Source: Eledone cirrhosa
Lineage: Eukaryota
Length of the DNA: 64,000 bases
Assembly (NCBI GenBank): GCA_964016885.1
Contig: OZ024745.1
Coordinates: 40,176,001-40,240,000, forward strand
Direction of reading: 5' to 3'
Positions 52,290-64,000 of the stretch are shown here, one piece after another. The notes below the pieces were generated by a model that had not been told where the DNA came from, searched no databases, and saw nothing but the letters and a program-made list of their open reading frames with translations. Positions within the stretch are counted from its first letter, which is position 1; every line of letters starts with the position of its first letter. The position numbers and the translations under genes are program-made.

Positions 52290-52810
52290 GTAACGACAAC
52301 GCCATCACTACAGTCACCGCCGCCACCACCCATCCATCATTACTACCACTATCCCAACACCGCCGCCACCACTCCTTCATTGCTACCACCGCTATTCCCC
52401 CATTACCTTCTGTTAACTTACGAAAGGGGAAGGTGGCGGTATCACTAGACAATATTAATAAACAAGATTAATATTTAATTTTGGATCAGGAATGTTAGAG
52501 TCGAAAAGGAGAAAATGGCAAAATGACTAAATAGCGAAATAGCTAAAGATAATTTAACCACCAACACCACCACCACTACCACGATGAAAACGCTGGTCAA
52601 GTCGCCTCAACCGCTATTTCTACTCCAACTTCAACACCATCACTACAGTACTACGATCACATCACCACCACCACTATCTCATCATCGCTACCACGGTTAT
52701 TCTCTCTCACTACCTCCTGTAAGGTGCTGCTAGCACAGCACCGCCGCCACCACCACCACCACTGCCTCATTATCACTACCGCCGCTATTCTCTCCCGTTA
52801 CCCCCTGCTA
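52290..52810. repeat. Degenerate ACC/ACT-rich tandem repeats
   Basis: Recurrent CACCGCCGCCACCAC...CATCATTACTACCAC..CTATTC units. Confidence 0.6.
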
Positions 52811-53171
52811 CATCGTAGTGTCCCCACTAAAAGAGGAAGGCATCAAAATATATAAATAGACTGAATTGATGACCCGGTTAAAATCAAAAAAACAAAAATC
52901 AAATCAAAGTAGCACAGCAACAACGAAAAACGTAAAGAAAAGAAAAATGAAGAGGAAAACAAACAGACGGACAGAGAAGGGAAGGGAAAAACTAAGTCAG
53001 ACATTCAAACATTACATTACAATAAAACTAATGCTTATTCATTTTTGGGATTTTTTTTGCCTGTTTGTTTATTTGTTTATTTATGTTCGTCTACAGCGTG
53101 ATAATGCCACACAAAAATCACCGGGTGTCACGAAATCACTGGAGGTGATGAAATCACCGGTGGTTACATAG

Positions 53172-56100
53172 CCATACATTCGCCAATCCACGATAAGAGT
53201 GTTTAAATGTCGAACCTAAACAGTTCGAATAACGGTGAAGTGGAGACTAGAATGTCATGTGACAGACTCTCACCCAACAGGTGCTCCCTGGCTCAGCAGC
53301 AGGGACCTAGCTGTCAACCAGATACTGCTGGTGTCGGAGGAAGAAGAAGAAGGAAAGGGACCAGAACCAACTGGACAAAAGAATTGAATAGAACTGTTAT
53401 GCAATGTTACCTGAAGAGTAACCCCAAGGAAAAAGGCTATAGGAAACGGATGCATAACATCTGGAACGAGATTGGCCTATTTAAATTAGATGAACAAAAA
53501 TTGGCCGGGCAGGCTCGGGTAATGAGAACTAATGGGTGGATAAGCGAGCTGGAACTGGAGGAACTGAGCAGAGAGATTAGCTTGGAGATGGAGAGTGGGG
53601 TATGCCAGGCAAACGAGCCAGTGGGAAATGAAGGTGAAGAGGTCGAGAGAACGAAGGAACCACCCGAAGCAGACAATGATCTGAATGCTGAGATAAATAA
53701 TACCTGGAACAGAGATACGGCCACTGAGGAGATGAATGCTGACGGGCTAGGACAAGATTTGGTTGATATCCTAAACTTAGTGGTAGATGAATTGAACAAT
53801 GATAGTGGGAAACCTATGAACCTAAGATTTGTAGACAGGAAAAAGTTGAAAGAAACAACAGCTAAGGTAAACAAAGTCATCCCATACCTTGAGGCGAGGA
53901 GCCTTCACCAGTGCAACAATATCCTCAAAGCAACAGCAAATACGGTGAGGAAACTACTTGGTATAAAAGCGAGAGGTAACAACAGACAAGAAATATCAGA
54001 GCCTTCGTGGAAGAAACGACTGAGTGGTCAAATCGGGGAAATGAGAAATGACATTGGAAAGCTTGAGTATACACTAAAAATAGACTGGAAATAAAGTACA
54101 AAACTAGGACGAACAAGCTAAATATTATCATAGAGGAACTGAAGCAACGCATTGTAGCAAAGAGTGCAAAAATCAGGCGATACGAGAACAGAGTCAGTCA
54201 GTATAGACAGAACCGCATGTTCGACAACAACCAGAAGATGCTGTTTGGACAGCTTGAAGGGAAAGAAAGAGGCAACGACTTGATCCCTGAGGCGGAACAA
54301 ACTAAAACATTATTTAGAGGAATATGGGAGCAGGATGTTAAACATAATGACCAGGCAGTGTGGATTGAGACAGTACAGAAGGAGATTAGTGAACAGGCAC
54401 ACCAACAAACTGATTTGAGTATCACAGTTGAAACTCTTAAGGGGCAGGCCAAAAAACTAACCAATTGGAAAGCACCAGTCCCAGATGGTGTGCAGGGGTA
54501 TTGGATTAAAAATATAATATCCCTCCACCCGAAACTGACAACCATGTTCAATGACTGCTTGATGTCAGGTGAGGTACCAGAGTGTCCGTATGTGGAAACT
54601 GTTGACAAGCATTATGTCTGAGTAAATCTACCATCACCGCCACACAAACCACTTGTTACCGGACGAACAGAAAGGATGCCGAAAGAAGTCACGTGGTACA
54701 AAGGACCAGTTGCTTATTGATAAGATGGTAATGAGGAATTGCAAGCGGAGACACACTGGTATTGCGATGGGATTGATAGACTACAAAAAGGCATTTGAGA
54801 TGGTGCCTCATTCTTGGATCCCCAAAAGCCTGGAGATCTTCAATGTGGCAGATAACATCAGACAGTTGTTGGGCAAAAGTATGAAGTCCTGGGAAACAGA
54901 TTTAACATCAACTGAAGAATCCTTGGGAAGCGTGAATATCAAGAGAGGTATCTTCCAGGGAGATAGTCTGTCCCCTTTGTTGTTTGTCCTTGCCCTGATG
55001 CCCCTGACCAGTGTACTGCGAAAGGTGAGTGCAGGATACGGGTTTGGAAAGGGAGGGCTTACCATCAATCACCTTCTCTTCATGGACGATCATAAGCTCT
55101 TCGGGAAGAGTGAGAAGGAGTTGGATGTACTTGTTGACACTGTCCGTCTTTTGAGCAATGATATATGTATGCAATTTGGTATTAGTAAGTGTGGAGTCAT
55201 TGTGATGAGGAGGGGTAAATTGAGCAGAAGTAATGGAATCCAGGTACCAACAGGTGAGATGATAAAGGAAATTGACTCTGAAGAAGGATACAAGTATTTG
55301 GGTGTTCTGGAGGCTGATGACATCAATAACAAAAAATGAAGGAATTGATAAGAACTGAATACATTCGGAGAGTAAGGAGCGTATTAAAGTCACATCTGAA
55401 CAGTAGGAATGCCATAAGTGCAGTAAATTCCCGAGCTGTGTCTATTATTAGGTACAGTGCGGGAATTCTGAGATGGAATGTTGCTGAACAAAAAGAAATG
55501 GATAGGAAGACTAGGAAGCTATTGACTATCTACAACATGTTCCACAAGAGGAGTGATGTCGATAGACTCTACTTAAGGAGATCTGAAGGTGAAAGAGGTC
55601 TTATCAGCATAGAGGACTGTGTTCAGATGGAGAAAAACAACCTACACAAATACGTGACTGATAGTAAGGAGCCAATGCTCAGAACTGTACTGAAGGAGGG
55701 GACAATAGACCAGGGGATGTCCAAGGAGGAAATAACATCAAGGAGAAAGAGCAGCCTTCAGGAAAAATCCCTTCATAGTATCTTCTTTGAGAAAACTGAA
55801 TTTAGAGATCCACAGACATGGAACTGGTTGAAAAGAGTAGACCTTAAAAAGGCTACAGAAGGAATGTTAATGGCTGCACAGGAGCAGGCCCTCAAAACGA
55901 AGTGGTTGAAAGACCATATTTACAAGGAGGAGGCTAGCCCACTGTGCAGGATCTGTGGAGAGAGAGAGGAGACTGTGGCTCACAATGTATCCGAGTTTAA
56001 ACACCTAGCCCAGACTCACTATAAGGACTGGAGCCATGATGTGATGGGCAGGGTGATCCACTGGCACCTATGCAAAGTAAACAATTTACCACATTCTGAG

Positions 56101-56616
56101 AAGTGGTATGAGCATAAGCCAGAGTCGGTGATAGAAAACGATCAGGTGAAGGTGCTGTGGGATTTTAGGATACAGGCGGACAAGAAACTGGAACACAATA
56201 GACCTGACCTGATGGTTGTGGACAAAGAAAAAAGATCGTGCCTGATTGTAGATGTGGCCTGCCCATTCGACACGAGAGTGCAAGGGAAGGAGAGGGAGAA
56301 AATTAACCGATACCAGGACTTAAAGTGGGAGGTGAAACGGATTTGGAACTGCCGTGAAGTCAAAGTGATCCCGATTGTCATAGGCGCACTAGGCACTATC
56401 TCAAAAGGTTTCCAGGGATGGTTAAAGAAAATTGGCCCCTTCACGCTGTTTTGGAACGCTCCAAAAGGCATGCTTGCTGGGAACAGCAAGAACCCTCCGA
56501 TACGTCCTGAATATCTGAGGCTGCAGGTAGTGGGTTGATATTCATTTCAACAAACTTTTCAGTTAACTAACATCAATGACTGAGACTCAAAGAATAATAA
56601 TAATAATAATAATAAT
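53172..56616 (+). mobile_element. Near full-length R4/Dong-clade LINE (single ORF: RT + CCHC + restriction-like endonuclease), frameshifted
   Basis: N-terminal W...N..VM.CY..S.P...GYRKRM..IW. RT motifs [51 protein letters not shown], then RPDLMVVD...IVDVACPFD...K..RY.DL (PD..D RLE). (TAA)n tail at 56593-56616. The 5' boundary is approximate. Confidence 0.92.
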
Positions 56617-57509
56617 CACCAGAGGAAAGCTGCTGAAAAGTTCAGACATTAATCTTGATCGGGGTAATGTGATAAGAGAACTTGATCAAGAGTAAACTTA
56701 CAAATATCTAGGTGTTTGTGAAGGAGACGGAATCAAGCACTCGACAATGAGGGAAAGGATAAGGAAGGAATGTTACCGCAGAGTAAGAGCAATCTTAAGA
56801 ATGGAATTGAATGCAAGAAATAGGATCAATGCCATAAACAAGCTTGCTATACCAGTAGTAACCTACTGTTACATTGTCATCAATTGGTCAAGCACAGAGA
56901 TCCGTAGGCTCGATACAAAAATTCGAAAATTCTTAACTATGCACAGAATGCATCACCCTAAGGCAGATACAGATAGAATATATCTCCCCAGGAAAGAAGG
57001 AGAACGTGGGTTAATCCAGTTAGACATTGCGTTGAAAACTGCAACAATTGGATTATCTACATATCTAAGGGAATCACATGATTGGATGACCAAACTCGTT
57101 TTGAATTACGAAAGCATCAAAAGATCATACTCCATTACAAAAGATGCACAAATATACAGTAATGGACTACAAATTTCTGCTGAAATGGAAAACACAGAAA
57201 AAGAAAAGCAGGTAAAAAGCAGGAATAATACCTAAGGGGTCTAATGATTACTTATCGCAAATCCCAGGAAACCCGCGTATAGGAGAAATACAAAAGATAG
57301 TACTAATGGAAACTGCCCATATACTAAGGAAGATTATGTCAATATAAGTACATCACAAGTCTAAACACCTAAAGATGCATGTGTGAGTATGTATGTTCTT
57401 TCTTGAACATGGCGGACCTTGTTATCTCTTGAGGTCACTGGTTGTGACTTGATGATAACTCCTATGGACATAAAGCAAGATAAATGCAGCTATAATAATA
57501 ATAATAATA
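56617..57509 (+). mobile_element. R4/Dong LINE fragment, second subfamily, internally deleted, with 3' UTR and (TAA)n tail
   Basis: YKYLG..., RRVRAILRMELNARNRINAIN..AIPV, LDTKIRK.LTMHRMHHPKADTDRIYLPRKEG.RGL. Confidence 0.85.
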
Positions 57510-57521
57510 TAGTGTAGTCCT

Positions 57522-59345
57522 AGTGATAAAGAGGGGTAAATTGAAATGAAGCAACGAAATCCAGGTTCCAACAGGTGAGATGATAAAATAATCGATAATG
57601 AAGAAGGATACCAATATTTGGGTTTTCTGGAGGCAGATGACATAAATAACAATAACATGAAATAACTGATAAGATCTGAAAACTTAAAAAGAGTAAGGAA
57701 CTTACTAAAATCACATCTAATTAGTAGGAATGACATAAGTGTAGTAGATTCCCGAGCTGTGCTTATAATTAAGTACAGTGCGGGAATTTTGAAATGGAAT
57801 GTTACTGAACAAAAAAGAAATGGATAGAAAGACTAGGAAGCTAATGACTACCTACAACATCATGATGTTGATAGATTCTACTTAAAGAGATCTGATGGTA
57901 GAAGACGTCTTATGAACATCGAGAACTGTGTTCTGTTGGAGAAAATGAATTAACCATCACTCAAATACAGTAAGAGTTGGTGAGAACGTGACGATCCTAT
58001 AGGATATCCCCGTGAACACCGACAGGACAATCGAAGCCAAGAAACCTGGTACAATTGTGAAGGACAATAAAGGGAAAGAAGGTTTCTTAATTGATATGAG
58101 CATTCCATTACATCGTAAATACTCCCCGAAAGAATGTGAAAAGCTCAGACATTAAAATACATCTAGAAATTGAAATTGAGAAAATATGACATCCCAAAGA
58201 CTGTACAATACCAGTGATAGTCGGAATGTTAAAAAATAAGAACCAAAAATGTTTGGACCGGATACCTCATCACTCTGCAGGTAATACAGATAATAGTGTT
58301 GGCTGGCACACTCCTTGTACTGAGAAATGCATTATCAATTTAAAATCCTTGCAGAGACACTCACTATTCCACAACAACGGGCTAGCTGCAACACGAACAG
58401 GAGTGGTACAACAGATCAATTGCTGAATGATAAAACAAACCATACAGGCAGTAAAGAACGGCGCAAGGACTATAAAATAATTACTAAAACGCCAAAGCGT
58501 GGACGACTTTAAGAATTACTATGACATATTACTCAACAGTGGGATATTAGAGTCTTAAATGTTCTCAAATACTTGACAATAAGATTAAGTTTATAGAAAG
58601 GTCGATCACAATTTGAAAAATATAGTTAATTTCCTGTGGGGAACAGTTTGTTTCTGTTAATATACGTAGTAGTTTATTCGGGGAGACATTTTTTCACCAC
58701 ACGCATTTTTCATCTCCATGATACCCTTCAGCGAAGTTCTTGACAAAGTGGGATATGAGCTAGATTGTATTAAGATAAACATTATGTTACTCATGGGTGA
58801 TTTAAAGGTATGTGTGAAAAGAATGTCAACATTGAGAGCTAAAGGGTAAAGCTGATTTATCAGAATATTGGTATGTAGTTTGGGATAAAACACCTGTGGC
58901 GTTGTAATGCTGAAATGTGGAATACAAAAAAAGAGTGAATACATTGAGCATGAACATGGCGAATGATTGCATAATTGAGAGAGGAAGCATACAAGTATTT
59001 GGGTTTCTTTGTGTTGGATAAGATCAAAGAGAAAGAAATGAAGATGCTAAAAAAAACACATCAAGCGGAGTCTTATAATGTCGTCTAAATTGAGTGAAAG
59101 GAGATCAAGGCAACTTTGGCCATGTTCCTTACGTACTATCTGGTAGTAGTTATTAAATGAAGGAAGAAGGAATTGGAAAATAATTGATAGAAAAACAAGG
59201 AATTTGATAGCAGTGCATAATGTACTCCACCTAGTGTGTCATGTGGCTGTACTTTATGTCAGAAGAAAGAAAGGGGGTAAAAGATGGATAAGTAGTGAAA
59301 TGTATGTCAAACGCAGACAAAATAAACATATAAGGTATAGGATCA
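57522..59345 (+). mobile_element. Chain of older, decayed R4/Dong LINE fragments
   Basis: 57522-57950 is collinear with 55200-55640. 57955-58350 has RLE remnants (TDRTIEA.KP, LIDMSIP). 58390-59345 has RT remnants (GTTDQLL, GDIFSP, YKYLG). Confidence 0.72.
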
Positions 59346-59575
59346 TGTCAAAAGCGTTGCTGCGATACTAGATTTACCGATGTGTACAGTAGTTACACGA
59401 TTGTTGCGTGCATATAGCCGGTATAACCTTCACATTTGAGTGAGTCGATTGATGTTTATATTGATGTATGAACGCATGTGTGTGTGGCTGCGTGGGCACG
59501 AGTGTGTTACTATGTACGTATGTGGTTAAGTCTGTATGCTCGCGTCCTCGTGCTCGAGTACATGGATATGTGATG

Positions 59576-59621
<46 letters not shown>

Positions 59622-59831
59622 CACACACATACACACACACACTTATATACATATATACTTAGTAATAATAATAATATATAGTAATAATAATAAATGTGAA
59701 GACTAAAATCCAAAGAGGGCTCGATAAGGATAAATATATATCAAATATACAAAAACCCTAGAGCAAATGAGTTTCAGAAGATCCCGTTAAGAGTTAAAGC
59801 AGCGATTCTTTGCTTAAACTTTAATCTGCTA

Positions 59832-59914
<83 letters not shown>

Positions 59915-59919
59915 ATATA

Positions 59920-60459
59920 TATATTAAGACAGGGGGGAGAAAAAAAATGGCTTCACTTGTGCTTTCAACAAATTTATTTTCTTCACAAAATCCAAAAACA
60001 ATTTTTTTCCGGATTAGAAAAAATCTTTTTTTTTTTTAATTTTATAATTTGAGTCGTTGGTTGTTGGTTAGGTCTTAGGAGTTCTTGCTTAACATGATAG
60101 AGTCCGGGTACATAAACAACAAAGTAAAGACCCCACAGTCAGAAATACCACATGTAGCGCACACTTTGCATCATGCGGGAAGGGAAAATTCACAATCTTC
60201 CCTTTCTTCAAGATATGGTCGGATAACGAACATTTCCGCAGATATAAAGAAGAATTCTTCATTGAAAAATGTAAACCACTACTGAACACGAAAACATGAA
60301 TTAACACTCGGAGGTAAAATTCCATTTCACTAACCCCTCCCCCTCTTCTTATTTGTACACATGAATATATGTATGTATATGTATATATATATATATATAT
60401 GTATGTATATGTATGTGTATGTATGTATGTGTGTATGCATGTGTTTGTATGTGTATGTG

Positions 60460-60519
<60 letters not shown>

Positions 60520-60722
60520 GTATATATAGATATATATATATATGTGTATATATATGTATATGTGTGTATGTGTCTGTGTGTGTTTATGTGTATGTATATA
60601 TATATGTATATATAGATATATATATATATGTGTATATATATGTATATGTGTGTATGTGTCTGTATGTGTTTATGTGTATGTATATATATATATATATTTA
60701 TATATATATACATATATATATG

Positions 60723-60753
<31 letters not shown>

Positions 60754-61767
60754 ATGCCTCTATATATATATATATATGTGTGTGTGTATATGTGTATGTA
60801 TGCATGTATGTGTGAACGGATGTATATATACGGACATATGTATATAGGTGTGGGTGTGTGTGTGTGTGTACACGTGTGTGTGAATGTGTATATATGTATA
60901 TTTAGTTATGTATCTTTATGTGTATATATATATATGTATATGTATGTATATATATATATATATATATATACCCATATGGAGGTGTGAGTACATATTCGTT
61001 TGTGTACGTATGTGTATATGTGTTTTTATATGTGTCTTCATATGTTTTTTATGTATGTATGTGGATGTATATGTACATGGGTGTGTGATTGATGGTGTGT
61101 GCCTATATATTCCCACATATGCCCGTGTGTGTATGTACGTATATACGCACATATGTGTGTGTTGAACAAAGGACTAATTTTGGGATGGACGTAGAAACAT
61201 TCTTCAGAAGAAAATAATTGTTTACAAGCTTGGCAGGTGCGGTTTGCCTATGACCATTCTCGATACAAATGAATACTAAAAGCTTTTTCCCCTGAATAAA
61301 GGAATTTTTCGAGAATGACCGGGGCAGGCCGCGCTTGCTACATTTCTCCCCACCCAATCCTACTCACTGTCTCAACTCATTACTGCTATTAACATTTTTT
61401 CAATACACCTACACCCCTACACTTATTAAAGGGGGAAAAAACCCCACCGCACCACAAACATGTTAAATCCCTATATATAGAACAACACACCACATACACA
61501 TCAGTTTGACAAGCGCACCTCAGCATGAAAGATCTTTCTAAAAACGAAACAATACCTCCTACGTTAACCAAGAACTCCTAAGACCTAACCAACAACCAAC
61601 GACTCAATTTATAAATTTTTTTTTTTTTTCTTATTTTTTTCTAATCCGGAAAAAAATTATTTTTTGATTTTGTGAAGAAAATAAATTTGTTGAAAGCACA
61701 AGTGAAGCCATTTTTTTCTTCCCCACTGTCTTAATATACCTAACTGTACCAAGGATTACACACATTT

Positions 61768-61771
<4 letters not shown>
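59920..61771 (+). mobile_element. 5'-truncated PLE (GIY-YIG C-terminus + pLTR with long internal TA/TG microsatellite), preceded by an inverted pLTR piece
   Basis: 60093-60299 reads HDRVRVHKQQSKDPTVRNTTCSAHFASCGKGKFTIFPFFK...RRYKEEFFIEKCKPLLN* (not in the ORF track because it has no start codon). 59920-60093 is the reverse complement of ~61563-61738. (TA)n on both sides. Confidence 0.8.
60360..61160. repeat. Compound (TA)n/(TG)n/(TATG)n microsatellite
   Basis: Direct reading. Source of the many YIYI/VCVC ORFs. Confidence 0.95.
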
Positions 61772-61802
<31 letters not shown>

Positions 61803-62219
61803 CTAGCTTGCCTCGAGGGTTGGTATCGACGCACATGACACTGGTATTCTTGACTGCCATAACATGAGTTGTCCTTCCCTATCTCTCTCTTTTATTCTTT
61901 TCCATTATATTTCGCATTGAATCCTTAACTGTTTCAAATGTCTCATGGGCAATAGGATTTCTTTAATATTGGTGAAAAACGCTTTGAGCGATGGTGTGTC
62001 GGTGTTAACAGTGTTGGTTTTGCAACCTTATGAAAACTACCCTCTTATTCATGTGAGAAACATATGTGAGAAACATATTCACATAATGTAGGGAATTCTC
62101 TCAGTAGGTGTTTCACAGTGCGGCAGGGTGGCCCCAATAGTCAATCAGCGACAGCTTGCCAAAACCGACACCAGGGAGAGTGAGGCAAATTCAATAGTAA
62201 TTGAATGCTATTTCAAAAG

Positions 62220-63200
62220 TGACCCTTCCGGGAGAGGATATATGACATGAATGAATGCATACTGTAATTAAAAGGGTTTAGTTCTATTCATTGAAGAGCG
62301 GTTAATCAATCAAGATAGGGCAAGTATGACAAATAAGTGGCTCATCAACAGAGAACATAGAAGTGATCACAAGAAAATGTTATTTAGAATGTGATAATGA
62401 CTTCAGTGATGCAGATGTTAGAGAAACCATACAAAACATTGAGAGAAAAGAACAGAACATAAATCTGGGAAGGTCAGCTTGGATGTATTAGAAATTGATT
62501 AAAATGATGCGTTGGTGATAACAAGAGGAAGTGGATTCGCTGAAGAGTATTCTAACTTTATGCAACGGCTAGCTACAAAGATGAGAAAAGATAATCAACC
62601 GGGAAATCTAAGACGTACAGACAGAAACAAGAAAAGTATTTGATGATTATTGAAGGAAAAAAGCAAAAATGTTATCAGACCAAATGTGGTCGAAAGTTTA
62701 AAAAAAAAAGTTTAGAGTTATGTTTCGGATAATGCGGTGGTACAAAGTGAAAATGCGTTATGTTTAAATGATGTAGAAATCCATGCAGAAAACTTATAGA
62801 CACAAGAAAACATTCAAATTTCAATAAAGGACATGAAGGAAAATTTAAGTATGATACCTAACAGGAGGATTATTTGTTAAAAATTACATGTCTACTATTT
62901 GTATGGAAGCTTTAGACTGTCATTTTGGCGGTGGCATGGTATGACCAACTGATAGTACATGATTTCTTACCACTGCGCACAAAGTTTGTGTAGAGATGGC
63001 CAACTCCTCACTCACAATAAACCTAGACATTAACTGGATTGATTATATATAAAAATATTCAATAAGTTGCCCCACATGTGGATTTAGATGTTGATGAACA
63101 TATTTGCCGGCTCTGAAATTATGACCAATCTAGTGCATGTGAGCATGTTTCCTTGGAGCATAATTAATATCAAGTGGTAGGGAATATAAAATGATACGTG
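62220..63200 (+). pseudogene. Possible highly decayed piggyBac-like transposase
   Basis: Faint remnants in plausible order (TG.LR..R ~62598; DNAVV ~62728; Cys/His-containing tail ~63070-63160). No intact ORF and no clear TTAA/TIR pair. Confidence 0.3.
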
Positions 63201-64000
63201 GACCTTTCAAGATGATATCATGAGTTCTCTACTATTTGTGCGTGTATTAGCTCTATTTCCATGAATATTGAAGAATATAATATCTGCTTATGACTTGTAT
63301 CTAGGAAATGTAAATTTGAAGCATCTGCTGTCCCAAAGTGACGCCAAAACTGTTGCCTCAAAATGAAAACCAATTGGAATTTAATTCGAAATGTTAGAAT
63401 TCACTCAGAAGATAATGAAATTGAGGTACGATTGATAAATGTATCTGTGTCGTCCAAGTAAAGGAACTAGCAACGGAAATAAGATGCCAAAACGAAGACA
63501 GGTAAACATAAATAGACAACCATTCTGCAAGATTCTGTGTAAAACACCAATAATTTGTGTCTGCTATGAAAAGATGGTCTTAGTTCTGTTCAAAAAGGTT
63601 TGGACCATGTCAATATATTCCTGTTTACGCTACCTAGGTTGTCCAGAGTCGGGAAGAGGCCCTTAACTCTGTAACATGTGTTAAACTTCTTCACACAGTT
63701 TCGAATATTATTTTCGAAGGGAGATGTTTCTCTTCCAAAAAAATATAGGATATTAACCTTGGCTTGAACAAGCCACACTGATAGTCGGATTTCATAAAGA
63801 AAACCCGAGGCTGGAGCACACATCTTGTTGTAGTTCTCGACTCAGACGTTCTAACTGCAGAGTTCTGAACTTTAAGGTTGATCGGTTCTAAAATGGATAT
63901 ACAACGCGTGTATACGGAGGCGTTGGAATGATCACAAATATCAACGATATTCGAATTGTATTTAGTAATTATATACAACGATACCACATATCTTAAGTGG

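Noticed and set aside
60330-61165. Many 60-130 aa ORFs of YIYI/VCVC/SLSL/RERE type here and throughout the window
   Set aside because: They are translations of microsatellites with no coding signal.
59920-61738. Long inverted repeats interpreted as TIRs of a DNA transposon or MITE
   Set aside because: The interior encodes a PLE GIY-YIG C-terminus and the arms end asymmetrically, which fits an inverted pLTR.

Overview
AT-rich animal genomic DNA, dense in microsatellites, that looks intronic or intergenic. The mix of (TA)n/(GA)n/(AAT)n tracts, R4/Dong LINEs and Penelope elements suggests an invertebrate such as a coleoid cephalopod (inference only). No host protein-coding gene can be confidently called, and most of the ORF track is microsatellite or antisense noise. 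Recognisable content is retrotransposon-dominated. (i) Several Penelope-like element (PLE) insertions and pseudo-LTR (pLTR) remnants sit in (TA)n tracts, mostly as inverted repeats of 45-850 bp. (ii) There are four L1/Tx1-clade LINEs, one nearly full length (45726-51514). (iii) A cluster of R4/Dong LINEs lies at 51.5-59.3 kb. (iv) Decayed RTE, mariner, hATm-like and possibly piggyBac copies are also present. The most notable signal, read directly from the sequence, is at least nine hammerhead ribozyme (HHR) motifs from four sequence families: minimal type I HHRs with covarying stem II, a U3-A8 core variant, a variant with an 85-nt stem II, and an ORF-less ~513-bp HHR unit carrying its own internal (TA)n tract. 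The elements also appear to partition microsatellite targets: PLEs in (TA)n, and Tx1 and Dong in (AAT)n with opposite polarity.
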